Translations under genes and position numbers: made by a program
From: Alphaproteobacteria bacterium UBA6324
GTDB lineage: Bacteria > Pseudomonadota > Alphaproteobacteria > CAAGCB01 > CAG-977
Length of the DNA: 64,000 nucleotides
Assembly: GCA_002439085.1 (NCBI GenBank)
Contig: DJSW01000007.1
Coordinates: 26,371 to 90,370, forward strand
Direction of reading: 5' to 3'
Shown here: in pieces, positions 60,182 through 64,000 of the stretch
How positions within the stretch are numbered: position 1 is the first letter of the stretch
How the letters are laid out: each line of letters opens with the position of its first letter
The notes under the pieces: model-generated
What the model was told of the DNA's origin: nothing
Databases searched by the model: none
The model's input: the letters and a program-made list of their open reading frames with translations, nothing else

Positions 60182-61216
60182 TCAGCGGCCGGCCTGTTTG
60201 GCGCGCAGGGCGGAAGCCATGGCCATCGCTTTGGACTGGTCTTTGGATTTTTCCGCGGACTGGAAGCGGAAGTATTTGTTCAAATCCTTGAACCCGCCTT
60301 CCAACGTGACCATTTTATCCTTGTACTGCTGACCCAGCTTCGGATCGGCGGCGGACATTTTCGCCAACGTTTCCAAGTGCGCTTTTGAACCGACCTTGTA
60401 ATCGGACATTTCGTTGATCTTGGAATACATGGTTTGCGCTTCGGCGCAGACTTCGGAACCTTCCTTCTGCCAAGCGAAGTGGCAACCCAAGCGGACGGCA
60501 CCGCCGTCGGATTTGATGTTGTCGCCGACCATGACGGTTTCTTCGGCCTTGGCGCCGTGACGATCCATGATCGACTGCATCACGTCCATATTGGGTTTCC
60601 AAACGTCGCCGGCGTTCATAACCAGCTTGTCGCCCAGCTTCGCAACCAGCTGATCGCGGTAACCGTCGTAACGGCCGCCCGTCACCTGCAGAGGGGCTTT
60701 CTTGAACTGGACTTTGCCGTCAACCATTTCGGTCGTTCCGTCGGCGCGGCAGACCAATCCGTCAACCAGATCAATCGGGAAGTTCATGTCGGCCATACGG
60801 GCGATAGCGCCGGAAGCGGGCGAATCCGTGTAGAGAACGAACTGGGCGCCGGCGGCTTTGGCTTTGCGAACCGTGGCGATGACGCCTTCGTACAGTTTGT
60901 TGCCTTCGTGGTACTGTTTGGCGACGTTATGGCAGATCTGCGCGTCGGATTTTTCCAAACGTTTGCGTTCTTCGGGCGATTTTCCTTCCAAACTCAGGGA
61001 CGGCGTTTCCTTCAACAGGTCGTGGAAGTTATGGAAACGGGCGTAACCGTCCGCGTTTTCGCGAATGTCCGCGTACAGGGCGTCTTTTTCCATGCCGCGG
61101 CTGGCGGCCAGTTCGCCGATACCCTTGTCCCAAGCCAAACCCCAGTTGTTGAAATAGTCGGAGATCGTGTTGTCGATGTCGCTGACGATCAAATTGACGG
61201 GTTTCTTTTCGCTCAT
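60182..61216 (-). CDS. HAD-superfamily hydrolase with C-terminal extension
   Basis: Motif I is IVSDIDNTISD (DxD). Motif IV is ..MVGDNIKSDGG.. Confidence 0.65.
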   Translation of the reverse strand: MSEKKPVNLIVSDIDNTISDYFNNWGLAWDKGIGELAASRGMEKDALYADIRENADGYARFHNFHDLLKETPSLSLEGKSPEERKRLEKSDAQICHNVAKQYHEGNKLYEGVIATVRKAKAAGAQFVLYTDSPASGAIARMADMNFPIDLVDGLVCRADGTTEMVDGKVQFKKAPLQVTGGRYDGYRDQLVAKLGDKLVMNAGDVWKPNMDVMQSIMDRHGAKAEETVMVGDNIKSDGGAVRLGCHFAWQKEGSEVCAEAQTMYSKINEMSDYKVGSKAHLETLAKMSAADPKLGQQYKDKMVTLEGGFKDLNKYFRFQSAEKSKDQSKAMAMASALRAKQAGR

Positions 61217-61506
61217 TTAGAACCTCACTTCTACAAAAACTTCATTTACATTTTTTATAGCGGAGCTTCCCGCTTTTTTCAAGCACATTTTGTCCAGAAA
61301 TGCATTTTTTTTGAACACCTGACCGTAAAAGGCACAAAAATCAATATTTTTCAATGCGTTGCTTACTTTCAAAAACCGTCCCGCCCGCCGCCGCGCGCCC
61401 GCTTTCCGCCCCGCCTTTTTCCGAAAATGCGCAATAAAATCCCGTGAACGTCCGCAAAATAGACAAAAGAACCTGAGTCGCCCGTTAAAAACTGTTGCCA
61501 GCGGCA

Positions 61507-61532
61507 CCGTCACTTTATATATACAGTGACGG
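61507..61532. promoter_or_regulatory. perfect palindrome CCGTCACT-TTATATATAC-AGTGACGG upstream of mazG (candidate operator overlapping a -10-like TATATA)
   Basis: 8-bp perfect inverted arms with an AT-rich 10-nt spacer, 19-28 nt upstream of the mazG start. Confidence 0.35.
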
Positions 61533-61559
61533 CGGACATCTGACAGGAGTATGGATCGA

Positions 61560-62351
61560 ATGGCTGAAAAGGAAAAGACTTCCGTTGACGAATTGCTGAA
61601 CATCATGGTGCGTCTGCGCAATCCCGAAAACGGATGCGAATGGGACAAGGTGCAGACCGCCCAAAGCATTTCCGATTACACGTTGGAGGAAGCCTACGAG
61701 GTTTACGACGCCGCGCAGAACGACGACATGGACGCTTTGCGCGAAGAGCTGGGCGATTTGCTACTGCACATCGTTTTTTACTGCCGCATCGCGCAGGAAC
61801 GCGGCGCGTTCGACTTTTCCGACGTTGTGCGCACCATTTGCGACAAAATGATCCGCCGCCACCCGCACATTTTCGGCACGGACAAAACGCCGCCCGATTG
61901 GGAGAAAATCAAAAAGGCCGAACGCGCCGAACACCATCAGACCGGCGTCCTGTCCGGCATCGCCAAGGCTCTGCCCGCGACGACCCGCGCCTACAAGCTG
62001 CAGGCGCGCGCGGCGACCGTCGGATTCGATTGGGACAAACCCGATCTGGTGTTGGACAAGATCGTCGAGGAAAGCGGCGAACTGCGCGCCGAAATCGCGC
62101 AAAAGGATCATGAATCGGAACGCGAAGACGAAATGGGCGATTTGCTGTTTGCCTGCGTCAATCTGGCCAGAAAATTGAAAATCGAACCGGAAAAGGCGTT
62201 AAAGCGCACCAACGCCAAATTCGAGCGCCGCTTTTCCCATATCGAGGAAACGCTGACCAAACGTCACCAGCCGTTCGATCAAACGACGCTGGAAGAAATG
62301 GAGGATTTGTGGGTCGAGGCCAAGAATATGGAACGGGGCAAGAAGGCCTAG
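61560..62351 (+). CDS. mazG: nucleoside triphosphate pyrophosphohydrolase MazG
   Basis: Begins ..LLNIMVRLRNPENGCEWDKVQT.. and contains ..EEAYEV.. and tandem MazG domains (..EMGDLLFACVNLARKL..). The ATG at 61560 sits 10 nt from RBS AGGAG. An alternative ATG lies at 61551. Confidence 0.85.
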   Translation: MAEKEKTSVDELLNIMVRLRNPENGCEWDKVQTAQSISDYTLEEAYEVYDAAQNDDMDALREELGDLLLHIVFYCRIAQERGAFDFSDVVRTICDKMIRRHPHIFGTDKTPPDWEKIKKAERAEHHQTGVLSGIAKALPATTRAYKLQARAATVGFDWDKPDLVLDKIVEESGELRAEIAQKDHESEREDEMGDLLFACVNLARKLKIEPEKALKRTNAKFERRFSHIEETLTKRHQPFDQTTLEEMEDLWVEAKNMERGKKA

Positions 62352-63232
62352 CTTTCCCACAAACTGGTGTAGTTCTGTTCCTTACGCACGCGCTGGCCGC
62401 GGCCGAACCGCCCCGTGTTCAAAAAGCTCAGCGTCATATTTAAAAGCTTGTCGTCCCGATGCAGGGCGAAATGCGTTTTGCCCAACGCCAGATATTCCTC
62501 TTTGGCGCCGTCCTGCTTGGCCGATTCGACCGTCAGGATGCCGTCGTTGTCCTGCTTGAACAACGGCAGGATTCCTTTGGCGTCATCCTTGCCGCCCATA
62601 ATCACGCCGAATTCACCGTGCATGGGGAACAGCTTTTCCGCCGTCGCGGGCAGGATGTTTCCCCCCGCCTTGCCCAGCAACAGCTTGTACCACCACTTGC
62701 TTTTCCATTTTTCCGCCCAGCCGTAGCCATGGTTCGGCACGCCCAGAAACACGCTGCGTCCGATTTTTTCCAGCCACTGCGGATTCATTTCGATCGCTTG
62801 GCGCAAAATCAGCCCGCCCATGCCGTAAACAACGAAACAGAATTGCGTGACATCCTGTCTTTTATCCAAAAAGACGTTCAGCGCGCGCGCCGATTTCATC
62901 AAATCGAATCGCAGGGTCGGATAGCTGAAAATCATCGGTTCATAGTTTTTCGACAGGACGCGCGCCATTTTTTCATAATTCGCGGGACGCTGGAACAAAC
63001 CGTGGATAATGACGGCCGCCTTTTTGGGGACGGGCGCAACCTCCCACGCGCGCAAATAATACTGCATCGTGTCATAGCACAGCTCAAACGAACCGGAGCC
63101 GCGCCGGATATTGAACGGATCAAGCAGGCGACACCGTTTCGTCCACATGGATTCCTGAATCCGCCAACCGGCGTAACCGTACCGGTCAATCCAATAGAAC
63201 ATCCCGCCGCAAGTGAAAAAAGGAAAAGCCAT
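62348..63232 (-). CDS. alpha/beta-hydrolase-fold protein (DUF676/lipase-like) apparently lacking the nucleophile Ser (VYGMGG in place of GHSMGG)
   Basis: Contains ..[28 protein letters not shown].. Confidence 0.55.
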   Translation of the reverse strand: MAFPFFTCGGMFYWIDRYGYAGWRIQESMWTKRCRLLDPFNIRRGSGSFELCYDTMQYYLRAWEVAPVPKKAAVIIHGLFQRPANYEKMARVLSKNYEPMIFSYPTLRFDLMKSARALNVFLDKRQDVTQFCFVVYGMGGLILRQAIEMNPQWLEKIGRSVFLGVPNHGYGWAEKWKSKWWYKLLLGKAGGNILPATAEKLFPMHGEFGVIMGGKDDAKGILPLFKQDNDGILTVESAKQDGAKEEYLALGKTHFALHRDDKLLNMTLSFLNTGRFGRGQRVRKEQNYTSLWES

Positions 63233-63356
63233 CGTCCGCCCCGTCCGTCGTTTTTTTTTGCAATCATATCAATCCCCGCCCCGAAAAATCAAGCCGATAT
63301 GCGCCGCCTGTTTTATCTTCTCGACATTCGTGTTCAAACGTGCCAGATTAGCGGCC

Positions 63357-63803
63357 ATGAAACGGATTGAAATTTTTACGGACGGCGCGTGCAGCGGCAA
63401 CCCCGGATTGGGCGGTTGGGCGGCCGTTTTGCGCTATAAGGATGTCGAAAAGGAAATCAACGGCGGCGAAGAGGCCACCACGAACAACCGCATGGAATTG
63501 AAAGCGGTGATCAACGCGCTGAAAATGTTGAAAACGGCGTGCGAAGCCGATATTTACACGGACAGCCAGTATGTGATGAAAGGCGCGACCGAATGGTTGC
63601 GCGGGTGGGTCGCCAACAGCTGGCGCACGGCGGATAAAAAGCCCGTAAAAAACAGCGATCTGTGGCAGGAAATCTACCATTTAAATAAACAGCACACGTT
63701 GCATTGGCATTGGGTGAAAGGCCACGCCGGCCACCCCGAAAACGAACGGTGCGACCTGTTGGCGCGCGCGGCGATCGAATCCCTGCGCGAACGGCTGAAA
63801 TAG
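63357..63803 (+). CDS. rnhA: ribonuclease HI
   Basis: Begins [40 protein letters not shown].. and contains ..[22 protein letters not shown]. Confidence 0.9.
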   Translation: MKRIEIFTDGACSGNPGLGGWAAVLRYKDVEKEINGGEEATTNNRMELKAVINALKMLKTACEADIYTDSQYVMKGATEWLRGWVANSWRTADKKPVKNSDLWQEIYHLNKQHTLHWHWVKGHAGHPENERCDLLARAAIESLRERLK

Positions 63804-63854
63804 AAAAAGGCGGAAACAGGATTCCGCCTTTTGTTTCATTTGTGAAAATCCGCC

Positions 63855-64000
63855 TTAATCCGGCAGGTAATCGTGCAGAATGATCGCCAGATTCATCAGC
63901 GTCTTTTTCTTTTTTTCCGACAAATCGCCGATCGCTTCCTGCAAAATGTCGTCCACGTCCGGATCGCGTCCGACGCCCAGCAGTTCCGCCAGATCGTCGC
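63855..64000 (-). CDS. C-terminal fragment of an unidentified gene running off the window end
   Basis: Open frame on the minus strand ending at a TAA (63855-63857). Protein tail ..DDLAELLGVGRDPDVDDILQEAIGDLSEKKKKTLMNLAIILHDYLPD. Confidence 0.3.
   Translation of the reverse strand, partial: DDLAELLGVGRDPDVDDILQEAIGDLSEKKKKTLMNLAIILHDYLPD

Overview
This 64 kb window is a high-GC (about 60%) chromosomal segment, most likely from an alphaproteobacterium. The evidence for that placement is a GcrA cell-cycle regulator, a short-form hisG, and gene order typical of the group.

Most of the window is housekeeping. Recognisable genes are murA (5' partial), hisG, hisD, nnr, ugd, gcrA, smpB, dapA, slt, nusB, nrdR, glyA, rpiB, an M16 peptidase, thrC, elbB, rpsI, rplM, greA, a yqeY-like gene, dnaG, rpoD, a nucleoside hydrolase, dusA, plsY, dprA, topA, rnr, an S41 peptidase, rpmG, prfC, mazG and rnhA. 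No tRNA, rRNA or CRISPR array was found.

Several small accessory insertions sit between these genes:
- A low-GC autotransporter gene of about 3.6 kb, bracketed by imperfect 81-bp direct repeats that duplicate the 3' end of the neighbouring gene.
- A small RelA/SpoT-domain protein, directly next to that island, with a 4-nt-overlapping 65-aa downstream ORF. This looks like a toxSAS-type toxin/antitoxin pair.
- A low-GC OafA-like acyltransferase (family 3) interrupted by an in-frame TGA, divergent from a DUF3800 gene.
- An XRE HTH module facing an unknown 153-aa gene and a DUF2628 membrane protein.
- Two ankyrin-repeat proteins, one secreted and one with an N-terminal membrane anchor.
- Tandem orphan MlaD-like proteins in an operon with greA and a DUF2155 gene.

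The most unusual signal is a conserved, structured leader of about 170 nt, present in two copies on the minus strand (about 10776..10960 and 36690..36870). Each copy ends in a terminator hairpin 15-30 nt before the start codon of a surface-related gene (the autotransporter and the acyltransferase). The outer helix shows a compensatory change between the two copies. This could be a riboswitch or attenuator, or a small-RNA family, that I cannot assign to any known class.
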